From NCBI GenBank assembly GCA_963696565.1, contig CAVOKS010000013.1, forward strand, positions 7,513 to 71,512: a stretch of DNA of 64,000 nt. The letters are read 5' to 3'. A program made the translations under genes and the position numbers. Positions 41,257-51,270 of the stretch are shown piece after piece. The DNA is from an uncultured Acidobacteriota bacterium (lineage in GTDB: Bacteria > Acidobacteriota > Terriglobia > Terriglobales > Acidobacteriaceae). Below the pieces are notes generated by a model. The model was not told the DNA's origin. It did not search any database and saw nothing but the letters and a program-made list of their open reading frames with translations. The number at the start of each line of letters is the position of its first letter. Positions within the stretch are counted from its first letter, which is position 1.

Positions 41257-42674
41257 CAATGAACTTGTCAAATTCGATGCCCAAAGGCTACACTCGCGGC
41301 TCTCAGGAGAATCAAGTGAAAGCTTCTGGTTCGAGATGTTTGGTTCTGTGTCTGTTTATTTCTTTTCTCTGCGCAAGTGCGCTGGCGCAATATACCGATC
41401 CGGTTGTCATCAACGATCTTGGCGGCCCGCAGGAGTTCGCGCGGCGCCGCCAAGAACTTGCCAAACAGCTTAAGACTGGCCGCCTGATCCTGTTTGCGCG
41501 CACCGTGCTTCCCGAAGCCAATCACTATCGCGAGGACAATGATTTCTTTTATTTCACCGGACTGGCCGATCCGGGCGCGATCATGGTCATGGACGCGAGC
41601 AACGGCGACGCTATGATTTTTGAGCCGCAGCAAGGCCCGCGCGGGAAGCAGGTCTACGGCGCAAACTTGCTCTCGATGACTCCTGAATCACAGGAAAAAC
41701 TTGGATTCAAGACCGTGTTGCCCCTCGACAGTCTCGATGGCATGCTGGCGTTTTTCTTGGGCAAAGACACCGATCTGTGGCTGCGTTTGACTTTCGCCGA
41801 CAAAGCCGATGGCGCGCGTTTCGAAGTCGGTCGCGATTACGCCGCTGATTATTCGAACCCCTACGGCGACCCCTTGCCCGGTGATCGTGCCGCCCTCAAG
41901 AAGTTAGCCGAGCGCTATCCTGCAGCTCATCAGCGTGACGCTACGCCGTTCATCGACGATATGCGCAACATCAAAACTTCACAGGAAATCGAACTGCTCC
42001 GGCGCAATGGCAAACTGAGTGCCGAGGGAATCAAGCAGGCGATGGAACACGCCCATCCTCCGATGTTCGAATACCAGATCGAAGCCGAAGCCGCCTATGT
42101 CTTCCGCAACGGCGGCGCGCAAGGCTGGGCTTATCCCGCGATCGTCGGCACCGGCGAGAACATCAACACCTGGCACTACTTCAGTGACCGTCGCCAGATC
42201 CAGCCGAATGACCTGGTAGTTTTCGACTTCGCCGCCGACCTCGATCACATGACGATGGACATTACGCGCACCTTCAACATCAGCGGAAAATTTACCCCTG
42301 AGCAAGCCAAGTGGTATGCGGTTGATCTCGAATCCCAGAAGGCGTCCATCGCGCTGCTCAAACCCGGAAACACCTACGAGCAAGTTGCCGATGCAGGCAA
42401 GGCCGTCTTTGAGAAAAACGGCATCGCGAAACAGTGGTACGGTTTCCCTGGGCACTTCGTTGGCTTGGCCACGCACGATGTGAAGATGCCAACCGGACCG
42501 GTGAAAGCTGGCCAAGTTGTGACCGTCGAACCGATTGTCGAGTTCCCCGACCAACACATGCACTTCCGCGTCGAAGACACGATTCTCGTCACCGACAACG
42601 GTCCGGAAATACTTTCGTCCGGCGTGCCCAAAGAGATGTCCGACGTGGAGAAACTGGTAGGCAGCGCAAAATAA
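41253..42674 (+). CDS. M24 family Xaa-Pro aminopeptidase
   Basis: Intact 473 aa with a signal peptide and an N-terminal creatinase-like domain. M24 metal ligands are present (VVFDFAADLDHMTMDITRT, GHFVGLATHD, TVEP, RVEDTILV). Confidence 0.9.
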   Translation: MTMNLSNSMPKGYTRGSQENQVKASGSRCLVLCLFISFLCASALAQYTDPVVINDLGGPQEFARRRQELAKQLKTGRLILFARTVLPEANHYREDNDFFYFTGLADPGAIMVMDASNGDAMIFEPQQGPRGKQVYGANLLSMTPESQEKLGFKTVLPLDSLDGMLAFFLGKDTDLWLRLTFADKADGARFEVGRDYAADYSNPYGDPLPGDRAALKKLAERYPAAHQRDATPFIDDMRNIKTSQEIELLRRNGKLSAEGIKQAMEHAHPPMFEYQIEAEAAYVFRNGGAQGWAYPAIVGTGENINTWHYFSDRRQIQPNDLVVFDFAADLDHMTMDITRTFNISGKFTPEQAKWYAVDLESQKASIALLKPGNTYEQVADAGKAVFEKNGIAKQWYGFPGHFVGLATHDVKMPTGPVKAGQVVTVEPIVEFPDQHMHFRVEDTILVTDNGPEILSSGVPKEMSDVEKLVGSAK

Positions 42675-42795
42675 ACGTGGGATAGCCAACGAGCAAAGCT
42701 TCGCAGGTTCGTTTTTACAACTTACTTGTCATCCCCGGTAAAGCGAGGATCTAGTTTTTTTGCCTGTGCGGCGACCCTGGTCACGCGAGTAAAAC

Positions 42796-45549
42796 TTAGC
42801 TGAACAAATCCCCTTGCCACAATTTCTGCCCCGCCAGCGCGTTGTAGAAGCCCCAAATGGCCAGCGCGCCAAACCCCAACACAGGGAGCCACGCGCTGCT
42901 AAAATACCACGCGGAAAAGTCTAGAGTCACTGGCGCATTGGCCAGCAATTCCGTAGTAAATATTCCAACGGCCAGGGTTACAAATCCGAAACGAAATACG
43001 ACGATTGCGGCGCCCCCGTACAACAGCGCATTCGCCGTTCCGTCAATCAACGGATATTCGCTGCCCAAGGTTTTCAATGCCACCCATATCGCCACGAACA
43101 CAATGGCCGCCAGCCATTCCTTTCGCAGCGTCACGCGCAGCACGAAGAGCAGAAAAAAGAACAGCAGTGTGGCTTCAATTGAGTCCGGGATTTGAAATAG
43201 CAACGCCCCAAGCACATGCCGACCCCCCAAAAGATAACTCGTCGAAAAGAATTGCGGAGGCCCGCCTTTCCCCATGGTCAGTAATTGAGCAACTTCGAAA
43301 ATCAGCAGCCAGACAACCCCCAGGATTACGCCAAACAAAACATCGCGCCCTACCAGCGGATCGCGCAGTCGGCCCATCACCACCCGGCTCCAGGACACCA
43401 GCGCTTGCGGCCAATGGCGGCGCACATAAGGCTCGAGCGAAAGATACAGCAGCCATATAAGGCCAGAAAAGAAAAGCGCCGTGCTGATCGCCATGGCGAA
43501 CGGAAACAACATCTCCAGCCCCGGCACCATATGCCCGCGGCATAACCACAACACGATCAGCGTCGTAAAAAGCACGCAGGCCAGGCGGAACGCGCCTCGA
43601 CGATCGCCTCTTCCTCGAATGTAGTTTCGCCGCGCCAACAACGCAGCTCCTCCGACGACCGACAAAATCATTGCCAGAAAAAACAAATTCCCCGCTCGTT
43701 GCGCCGGGGTCTTCGGCTGCTCCGGCTTCATACGCTGTGGCCGAGTCCAGGGCCCGATCAACGAAAAAAACACCGGCTTGCCTTCGAATGCCGCCGCTTC
43801 AATGCGCAATGGGCGGCTGGTGCCGGGCCAGGTCCCCGTCCACGCCACCCTCGTGTCGGAGGTGGCGAGAGACGTCCAGAGCGGCTCCGTTGCCTTGAAT
43901 TGTGTTGCATCCAGCCCGGCTTCGCGAAACAACACGTTCCAGTCAACTGCCTGCGCATGAGCCCCGCCATTCTCGTTTTGCACTTGGGGCGGGATCGCCT
44001 GGAAAAACGTCAGCCGTCCTCGCGGGTCTAGGGTCAGGTTCACCATCCCCGAAAGGATGGGCGGCGGATCGTCCTCCGTTACCATTCCCGGAGTCAGCGT
44101 CGAATCGTGGAAATCGATCCCCATCATGTATTGCGCGCCCTGCCGGTATAAATATTGCAGCGGCGCGGGCCGTCCGGATACCACCTCGTCCCAGCGCGCG
44201 TGCGGCTTGTCATTCTTCTCCACGTACTTCAGGAAATCGTTGTCGTAAGCGAAGTCGCTGGCGGTGTCCGCCGGCTTATCCGTATACCCGAGTTGGCTTA
44301 CAATTTCTTTCGCCTTCTGGGTCAAGACTTCCGGCGATTGCTCAAGTCCCAGTTTCCCCATGCCACTCGTCTTAATGGCAAAGTAGCTAACCAATGCCAG
44401 ACCCACCATCGCCGCTGCCAGACAAAGGATTGCCGTCCGCGGCGCCAATCCCGTGGTTTCTCCCGCCGCCGCAACCATCTGCGGAGACGGCGTTTCTCCC
44501 GCCGCCAACGCCGCCGCCAGCGGATCGCCTCCCGGCAACGCTGCCGCCACACTCAACGCCGAGCCCATCCTGTTTGTTGGATCTGCCTCGAGACAACGCA
44601 AGATCACCCGCTCCACCGCGGGATCGAGATCCTTCACCAGCGTCGATGGCTTGCTCGGCGCCGATTCGCTGCGCACCCGCACCAGTTCTGGCAAAGATTC
44701 CACGCTGAAGGCCCGCTTGCCCGTGAAGATTTCGTACAGCACCAGACCCAGCGCGTAAATATCGCTCTTCGCGTTGACCTCTTTGCCTTCCAACTGCTCC
44801 GGAGCCATATAAGCCGGCGTCCCGCTCCGCACATCGCTGCCCGGAATCTGATCGACCAATCCAGCCAGCCCGAAATCCGTGACCACCACCTGCCCACGCC
44901 CATCGAGCATGATGTTGGCCGGCTTCAGATCACGATGCAGCACTCCCTTGGCATGAGCCGCAGCTAAACCAGCACAAAGCTGGCGTGCGATTTCCAAAGC
45001 CTTGTCGGCGGGCAAGCGCCCAATGCGCCGTAACAAGGACGCCAAATCCTCGCCGTCCACATACTCCATCGTGAAAAACGTATGCCCATCCACTTCGCCG
45101 ACGTCGTAAACCCGGCAAACATTGGGGTGCGACACCCGCCGCGATAACCGAACCTCATTGCGAAATCGCTCCAGCAGAGTTTCGTCCTTAGTCGCTTCTT
45201 CGGGTAGAAACTTGAGCGCGACCGGTTGCCCCAGCGTCAGATCATCGGCGCGATACACCTCGCCCATGCCGCCTCTGCCCAGTAGCGCAATAATGCGGTA
45301 ACGCCCTGCCAGCAGGCGCCCAGGCAGAAATCGGCCTTCAGTCAGCAGGCCGCCCGAAGAACTGGGAGTCCGCCCGCCAGATGTCTTCGCACCCGACCCC
45401 GATGACGCTTTCCCCGATGGTCTGGGCTTCGAATCCAGATACTCCATGGTCGCGAGTTCGTCGCCAGACGCCATGGCCGCGCCACAAGACGAACAGAATC
45501 GCCCCGTCTCCGACACTTGCGAACCGCATGATACGCAAATGGACATCAA
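42796..45549 (-). CDS. Ser/Thr protein kinase with an N-terminal zinc ribbon and a large C-terminal polytopic membrane domain
   Basis: Intact 917 aa. It has CVSCGSQVSETGRFCSSCG, Hanks motifs GRGGMGEVYRA, HRDLKPANIM, DFG and APE, and multiple TM helices in the last ~330 aa. Confidence 0.9.
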   Translation of the reverse strand: MMSICVSCGSQVSETGRFCSSCGAAMASGDELATMEYLDSKPRPSGKASSGSGAKTSGGRTPSSSGGLLTEGRFLPGRLLAGRYRIIALLGRGGMGEVYRADDLTLGQPVALKFLPEEATKDETLLERFRNEVRLSRRVSHPNVCRVYDVGEVDGHTFFTMEYVDGEDLASLLRRIGRLPADKALEIARQLCAGLAAAHAKGVLHRDLKPANIMLDGRGQVVVTDFGLAGLVDQIPGSDVRSGTPAYMAPEQLEGKEVNAKSDIYALGLVLYEIFTGKRAFSVESLPELVRVRSESAPSKPSTLVKDLDPAVERVILRCLEADPTNRMGSALSVAAALPGGDPLAAALAAGETPSPQMVAAAGETTGLAPRTAILCLAAAMVGLALVSYFAIKTSGMGKLGLEQSPEVLTQKAKEIVSQLGYTDKPADTASDFAYDNDFLKYVEKNDKPHARWDEVVSGRPAPLQYLYRQGAQYMMGIDFHDSTLTPGMVTEDDPPPILSGMVNLTLDPRGRLTFFQAIPPQVQNENGGAHAQAVDWNVLFREAGLDATQFKATEPLWTSLATSDTRVAWTGTWPGTSRPLRIEAAAFEGKPVFFSLIGPWTRPQRMKPEQPKTPAQRAGNLFFLAMILSVVGGAALLARRNYIRGRGDRRGAFRLACVLFTTLIVLWLCRGHMVPGLEMLFPFAMAISTALFFSGLIWLLYLSLEPYVRRHWPQALVSWSRVVMGRLRDPLVGRDVLFGVILGVVWLLIFEVAQLLTMGKGGPPQFFSTSYLLGGRHVLGALLFQIPDSIEATLLFFFLLFVLRVTLRKEWLAAIVFVAIWVALKTLGSEYPLIDGTANALLYGGAAIVVFRFGFVTLAVGIFTTELLANAPVTLDFSAWYFSSAWLPVLGFGALAIWGFYNALAGQKLWQGDLFS

Positions 45550-45689
45550 TCTCTCCGCTTAACAATCTACTGCGTGGCCCTGTGCTGTCGCCAGTCAAGG
45601 CGGGGAATGCGAATAGTAAAGTAACTTTACAACCCTTTACACACGCGGGCCGCAAAAGGGATAAAATATCACCATTCTCTTTGAGCCGT

Positions 45690-45803
45690 GTAGGGTGGAC
45701 ACTCCTGTCCACCGCCCTTGAGGGTATGACGAATTCTGGGCTGATTGGTTTCGATTTAACAATCTTGATAGCCAAGGTCAGCGGACAGGAGTGTCCGCTC
45801 TAC
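45690..45803. repeat. pair of inverted REP-like hairpin elements
   Basis: GTAGGGTGGACACTCCTGTCCACCGCC (45690..45716) is paired with GTCAGCGGACAGGAGTGTCCGCTCTAC (45777..45803). The second is the reverse complement of the first with 5 mismatches. Each copy is itself a hairpin. Confidence 0.5.
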
Positions 45804-45947
45804 ACCAGCGACACGAATCTTGCGACGAAACGCAACCTCGGGGCCTCGATGCCAATCCTAGCTGGGAACCGCAACTTAAGCTCATCATCCGGGTTTGAAG
45901 CAACGAACCGCGTAGCCTTGCGCATGACAGAAAGCGGAGTAATTCAC

Positions 45948-46490
45948 ATGAAATCAAATTCTGGGGTATCAAATTCCGGGGTCTCAAGTTCTCGGATATC
46001 AGAATCACAGACCTCGATGCCATCAACTTTGTTCCTGAAGACTGCATGCCTGGGAATTGCTCTGCTGATGCTGGCTCTTCCAATTCCAGCGCTAGCGGCA
46101 TTGGGCGGTGACGTTAGCTCCGTCCAGCAAGATCAGGCGCAAATGAAAGGCACCCTGAAGACCACGGAAGCCGACGCCTACACCACCCACGAAATCACCG
46201 CTCCAGGCAAAACCATCGTGAAGGAATACGTTTCCCCGGAAGGCAAGGTGTTTGCCATCTCCTGGAGCGGGCCGTTCATCCCTAACATGCAGCAACTGCT
46301 GGGGACGTACGCAGGTCGGTTCGTGCAAGCCGCCAAAGTCCAGCGAGAGAGCCAACCGGGCCATAGGCCGGTCAGCATCCATCAACCTGATTTCGTTTTC
46401 CAAAATGGCGGACACATGCGCTCGTATTTTGGCAGAGCTTATCTCCCTGCCATGGTGCCGCAGGGCGTTAACGTCGACGCATTACAATAA
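45948..46490 (+). CDS. DUF2844 domain-containing secreted protein
   Basis: Part of ORF 45381..46490. GGAG-N8-ATG lies at 45948, with an alternative ATG at 46017 just before the signal peptide LFLKTACLGIALLMLALPIPALA. Conserved core: VKEYVSPEGKVFAISWSGPFIPNMQQLLG...GHMRSYFGRAYLPAMVPQGV. Confidence 0.65.
   Translation: MKSNSGVSNSGVSSSRISESQTSMPSTLFLKTACLGIALLMLALPIPALAALGGDVSSVQQDQAQMKGTLKTTEADAYTTHEITAPGKTIVKEYVSPEGKVFAISWSGPFIPNMQQLLGTYAGRFVQAAKVQRESQPGHRPVSIHQPDFVFQNGGHMRSYFGRAYLPAMVPQGVNVDALQ
45953..46008 (+). repeat. 15-bp tandem repeat, about 3.7 copies
   Basis: ATCAAATTCTGGGGT ATCAAATTCCGGGGT CTCAAGTTCTCGGAT ATCAGAATCAC. It is in frame with the DUF2844 ORF and encodes SNSGV SNSGV SSSRI. 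Confidence 0.6.
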
Positions 46491-46500
46491 GGAGGAAAGT

Positions 46501-48082
46501 GTGCGCAGCTTCTTGGTCTTAACTTTGATCGGGGCCCTCGGGATTTCTCGCGGGGTGTGGTAGCAATGGAACGCCCGCAGGAGTCGTGATTTCGATCAGC
46601 TCACTCCCAGCAGCGCATCCCTCAACGCGAATCAAAGCGTGAACATTACCGCTAGCGTTGCCAACGACTCCAGCGGTAAAGGTGTTAGTTGGTCTCTGAC
46701 CGGCGCTGGAACGTTGAGCAACCAAACCACCACGGGGGTAACCTACACTGCTCCGGCCACGGTGACTAGCACCTTTGTCGCGACTGTCGTGGCAACCTCG
46801 ATAGCCAGCCTCCACCGTTACGGCGTCGTTGCCAATCACTGTTTCGCCCGCTGGCACCACGCGAACGTTGTGCCCATCTCGGTCAACGGTGGCCCATTGA
46901 TGACCGCGAATCCTCCTGCGATCTACACCAACGCGGCTTTCGTCAGCGTCCAGATCTGCGCTCCACAAACGGCGCTTGCCAGACCATCCCCGACATTCTG
47001 GTGGATACGGGATCGTTCGGCCTGCGAGCTCTTGGGCTCACAGCTTACGCTCCGACTCACGCGGGCTCACTCCACTGACTAGTGGCAGCAGCACGCTGTA
47101 TGACTGCGTTCAATTTGTGGACGATTCGTTTCTATGGGGAGCCGTGGCGCCAGGCGAATATTATCGTGGGCGGAGAGACCGCAACTTCGACCTCGAGTTC
47201 AGATAATCGCGAATCCCAGCTTCGGTATACCAGGTACCTGTCGGATAAGCGCGGGGACGAACGAAGACACGCAGGGAGCTGTTGGGCGCAAACGGCATAT
47301 TGGGCGTGGGCCCAGAGCCGTTTGACTGCGGTCTGGCCTGCGATCCCAAGCGCTGGCGGAAACAGCTCCAGCGGTTTATTATCTTTGCTCCTCTGGCGGT
47401 AACTGCGCACGGCATTCGTGTCCTGCGGCACCCTGTGCTCGGATGCCGAATCGCCAACCAACAGGTGACCAATCCGGTTTTCAACTTCCCGGTGGACAAC
47501 AACGGCATCATTCTCACGTTGCCGCAAGTCAACGACGTGGCGCCTACCGTGAATGGCAGCTCTGACGTTCGGCATTGGCACCGAATCGAACAATACCATT
47601 CCGAGCACGCGCAACTCTGTTCACGCTGAATTCGGCAGACAACTTCACGACCAATTTCGAAAGCCAGTCCCTTACCGCCAGCTTCATTGACAGCGGTTCA
47701 AACGGGCTCTTTTTCCCGCAGATCAACAATCTCGCCAAACATTTGTACCGACAACAACTCGTGGTATTGTCCCCGCGACGACCACGCATTTACGGCGACC
47801 AATGTGGACCCGAATAATAATACGACGTCGAACACAGTCAATTTCAGCGTGGACGATTTCGATACCGTGACCAATGCCAATCCCAGCGCTGCCGCATTCA
47901 GCAACTTGGCCGGACCAATGGGCAGCGGCGCCTGTAGTTCTTCGAATACGTCGGCATGCAGTTTCGACTGGGGGCTTCCGTTCTTTTACGGGCGGTCGGT
48001 GTTTACCGGCATCGATGGCGCGACGCCTCAAAGCGGCCTTCCAGTCTGCAACACGTTGCAGTGTCCTTTCTGGGCGTATTAG
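46501..48082 (+). pseudogene. DUF3443 domain-containing lipoprotein, multiply frameshifted
   Basis: AAGGAGG-N5-GTG lies at 46501 (VRSFLVLTLIGAL). Fragments include 46639..47082 (PISVNGGP...NAAFVSVQICAP) and 47687..48082 (FDWGLPFFYGRSVFTGIDG...CPFWAY). There are at least 5 breaks. Confidence 0.65.
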
Positions 48083-48104
48083 CCCGCTCGGACCGTAAGT
48101 CTCT

Positions 48105-48140
48105 CCGCGGTGGACTTCAAATAATCGAAGTTCACCGCGG
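48105..48140 (+). terminator. 14-bp stem-loop after the DUF3443 gene (no U-tract)
   Basis: CCGCGGTGGACTTC-AAATAATC-GAAGTTCACCGCGG, with one G-U pair. Confidence 0.4.
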
Positions 48141-48160
48141 TCATACTTCCTAACACTCCG

Positions 48161-48382
48161 TCATCCTGAGCGAAGGCATCTGTTTCGCGGAGCGAAGCAG
48201 ACGCCGCAGTCGAAGGACCCCAGCTTGCCGATCCGGTATTGAAGTGTCAGGGAGTTCCCGCAATTAATTTCGCCAACACCTTCGCTGGAATGCCCGCTGT
48301 CCTTATCTCGGTGCAATCATCGATGGGTCCTTCGACTCCGCAGACTCTCCGCGTTGCGGAGAATCTGCCGCGCTCAGGATGA
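48161..48382. repeat. ~220-bp imperfect inverted-repeat element (MITE-like or structured RNA)
   Basis: Termini are TCATCCTGAGCG (48161..48172) and CGCTCAGGATGA (48371..48382). Inner arms are CCGCAGTCGAAGGACCC (48204..48220) and GGGTCCTTCGACTCCGCAG (48325..48343). A partial copy GTCATCCCCGGTAAAGCGAGGATC lies at 42728..42751. Confidence 0.6.
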
Positions 48383-48445
48383 TCTCTGGAGGGACCGGCA
48401 ATCCCGAGTTGGAGCATCCATCCCTGCCCGATTACACTATCCGCC

Positions 48446-49402
48446 ATGAAGACTTTCGAAACTCTGAACCAGCGCGAGATTCTCGCCTTGGCCATTTCGC
48501 TCGAAGAAGAAGATGAGCGCATCTTCGCCGATTTCGCCGAAGGATTGCGCCAGGACTTCCCCGCTTCGGCCGCGGTATTTGAAGGGATGCAGGCTGAAGA
48601 ATCCGGACACCGCAGAAGATTGATCGACTTGTACCGGCAGAAATTCGGCGAACATATTCCGCTCATCCGTCGCGTTGACGTGAAGGGCTTCGTACAACGA
48701 AAGCCGGTTTGGCTGGCGCGGCCGCTGCGCCTCGATGTCGTGCGCAACGAAGCCAGCGCCATCGAGGTAGAGACCCGCAGGTTTTATGAGAAAGCTGCGG
48801 GACGAACCCAGGATGCCAGCATCCGACAATTGCTCGACGACCTGGCTCAGGAAGAGCGCGCCCATGAAGACCGCGCCCAGGAGTTGAAAGAAGAAGAACT
48901 ACGCCCCGACGTTGCGCAAGATGAAGAACGGGCCCGCCGCAGGCTTTTCGTTTTGCAGATCGTGCAGCCCGGTCTGGCTGGTTTGATGGACGGCTCCGTG
49001 TCCACCCTCGCACCGGTATTCGCTGCGGCATTCGCCACTCGCAATCCCTGGGACGCTTTTCTGGTCGGCATGGCAGCCTCGCTCGGCGCCGGCATCAGCA
49101 TGGGATTTGCCGAGGCGCTCTCCGATGACGGCAGCCTCACCGGCCGCGGCCATCCCTGGGTGCGCGGATTGATTTGTGGCGCCATGACCGCACTGGGAGG
49201 GGTGGGCCACACTTTACCCTTCCTGCTTCCCAGTTTCCATCTGGCACTTGGCGTCGCCTTCGTGGTCGTGCTGGTCGAGCTCGGAGTCATCACCTGGATT
49301 CGCCATCGCTACATGGACACCCCCACCGTTTCCGCGGCCCTGCAAGTAGCCCTCGGCGGGGCACTGGTTTTCGCGACAGGAGTCCTCATCGGCAGCTCCT
49401 AG
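48446..49402 (+). CDS. erythrin (ferritin-like) domain fused to a VIT1/CCC1 iron transporter domain
   Basis: Intact 318 aa. The N-terminal four-helix ferritin-like region has [18 protein letters not shown] and [12 protein letters not shown]. The C-terminal region has VIT1-type TM helices ([29 protein letters not shown]). Confidence 0.85.
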   Translation: MKTFETLNQREILALAISLEEEDERIFADFAEGLRQDFPASAAVFEGMQAEESGHRRRLIDLYRQKFGEHIPLIRRVDVKGFVQRKPVWLARPLRLDVVRNEASAIEVETRRFYEKAAGRTQDASIRQLLDDLAQEERAHEDRAQELKEEELRPDVAQDEERARRRLFVLQIVQPGLAGLMDGSVSTLAPVFAAAFATRNPWDAFLVGMAASLGAGISMGFAEALSDDGSLTGRGHPWVRGLICGAMTALGGVGHTLPFLLPSFHLALGVAFVVVLVELGVITWIRHRYMDTPTVSAALQVALGGALVFATGVLIGSS

Positions 49403-49742
49403 ACTCAGCTTCTTAAATGGAGGACGGCCGTCCCTGGCGTCCCGACAGCTACAAAAACATTCCGATTTTCGAGGGCGCAGTACTTTCGAACTCGCGAAAA
49501 AACTTTCGATTCGTATCAGGGTATGCCTTCAGGCATACCGCAACTCGATTAAAAATGAGCCCTGCTTTAGCCGCTGGGCTCGATGTTCCAACTGTAAAAG
49601 GCATTTGTCCGCAGCACCATGCGCAGGCGGGATCGCGCGTAACTCCAAGAAACAACAGATGTTTCCATCAATATATGTACATATATATGCGTACATAATC
49701 GCACTAACAAAATGTTCCACGTGGAACACTTCTCGCTCTATT

Positions 49743-51074
49743 TCAGGCGATGTTTCGCTTGAGACGTGCGCCACGGCCGCGAGCTTCGCTCGCGCTCTCG
49801 ACTCGATTGCGGCCCGCCTTCTTGGCCCGATACAGAGCCTTGTCGGCGGCTTGAATTACTTGTTCCACCTCGCGCGTCTTCGCAGTCTGATTCCGCGACC
49901 CCGATGCTCACCGTGACCGAGAGTCCGAGAGATGTTTCCGGCGGTGGGTTGCGAGGCCGGCCTAGTTTGCGACGCGTGCTTCTCTTATCTTCGCTTCTGC
50001 GGCCGGCGCCGCGAGGAGCGCCGCGACGCTCGGGCGTGTTGCGCACCCGGAACCTGGATTCTTCGATGAGAACTCTGAGCGAATCAAGATGGGGCACGAC
50101 TTCTTTCGCGGACTTTCCCGCGAACAGAATCGAGAACTCTTCTCCGCCAACCCGGAATGCCTGCCCGTTGCCGCTCACGCGGGCAAGTCGCGAAGCGACC
50201 ATGCTGAGAACCTGATCTCCGGTGTCGTGTCCATAGGTGTCGTTGAAGTTTTTGAAGTGATCGATATCGACGACAGCTATGGAGTAAGGCGCTTCGAGGC
50301 GCAGCAGGGCTTCGTTGAAGGCGCGGCGCGCGGGCAGCGAAGTGAGTTCGTCGTGATAGGCCAGGACATAAGTGTTCTCGATGATCGATGCGATCAGGAG
50401 CAGGCCCGCCGTCGCCCAATAGGCAACCGCGATTCGTCCCACAGCGTTTGCCTGCAGGCCTAGAAAAGTCGCAGCCAGCGACCAGAGCAGGCCAATTTCG
50501 ACCGGCTTGCGATAGAGAAAGATGCGGGCGAGCAGAACCACGAAAGCCGCGACGAAAGCCAGCCAGGCAAGTTGCGGGATTTTCGTCCAGTGAAATAAAG
50601 ATCGGCTCACGAACGCGAAGTTAAGAAATGCCGGACTGGCAATCTGTCCGGGCCGGCAGAGGACCGCGACGAAGACGGACTCAAGGAACACCAAGACAAG
50701 ACGAGGAGTAATGTCTGGAATCGATAGGCCGCGCTCGCGAATGAGCGCCAGCACGATGAAGTTGGCGGGGACGAGAAAGGCGATGGCTTCGAACGCAATG
50801 CGACCCGGCCCGCTCGCGACCGCTCGCCCACCGGAAAAGAACTCAAGGGCGCGGTGAGCCAGAAGCAACATGATCAGAGCGAAGAGGACGCGGCTGGAGT
50901 TGAAACGCCAAGCCAGCAGAATTCCGGCAATGAAGACTGCGTAATAGTAGAAGTCGACTGCGGCCGCGGAGATCGGACAGAAATCCCGCCCGACAACAGT
51001 ACGACTGCGGCCAGCAGGAGTATGCCGCCAGGCACGAACAGGGATTTCAGCGTTCCTTTGCTCCCCAGATCCAA
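49743..51074 (-). pseudogene. membrane-bound GGDEF diguanylate cyclase, two frameshifts
   Basis: Core from ORF 49738..51630: about 7 TM helices, then YHDELTSLPARRAF, DIDHFKNFNDTYGHDTGD and RVGGEEF. The N-terminus lies in ORF 50874..51074, with a break near 50985. The true tail KTREVEQVIQAADKALYRAKKAGRNRV lies in another frame (break near 49870), with the stop at 49743..49745. Confidence 0.8.
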
Positions 51075-51270
51075 GCCGGTGTGATCCTTTAGTAAAAGAA
51101 AGGTGTGTCAACGAATTATCGTCGGCAGAGCAGAGCGCGAGTGAGTGGCGGAGCAGGTTCCGGGGCAAACGTTCCCGTTTGCGGAAGGCAGAGACCTTCG
51201 TGCAGCACAGGAATCTCCAATCTTCGGCTGGTTCTTGCCTAGAATCGGAAGTGCAGGTTAGAGAAACCTT

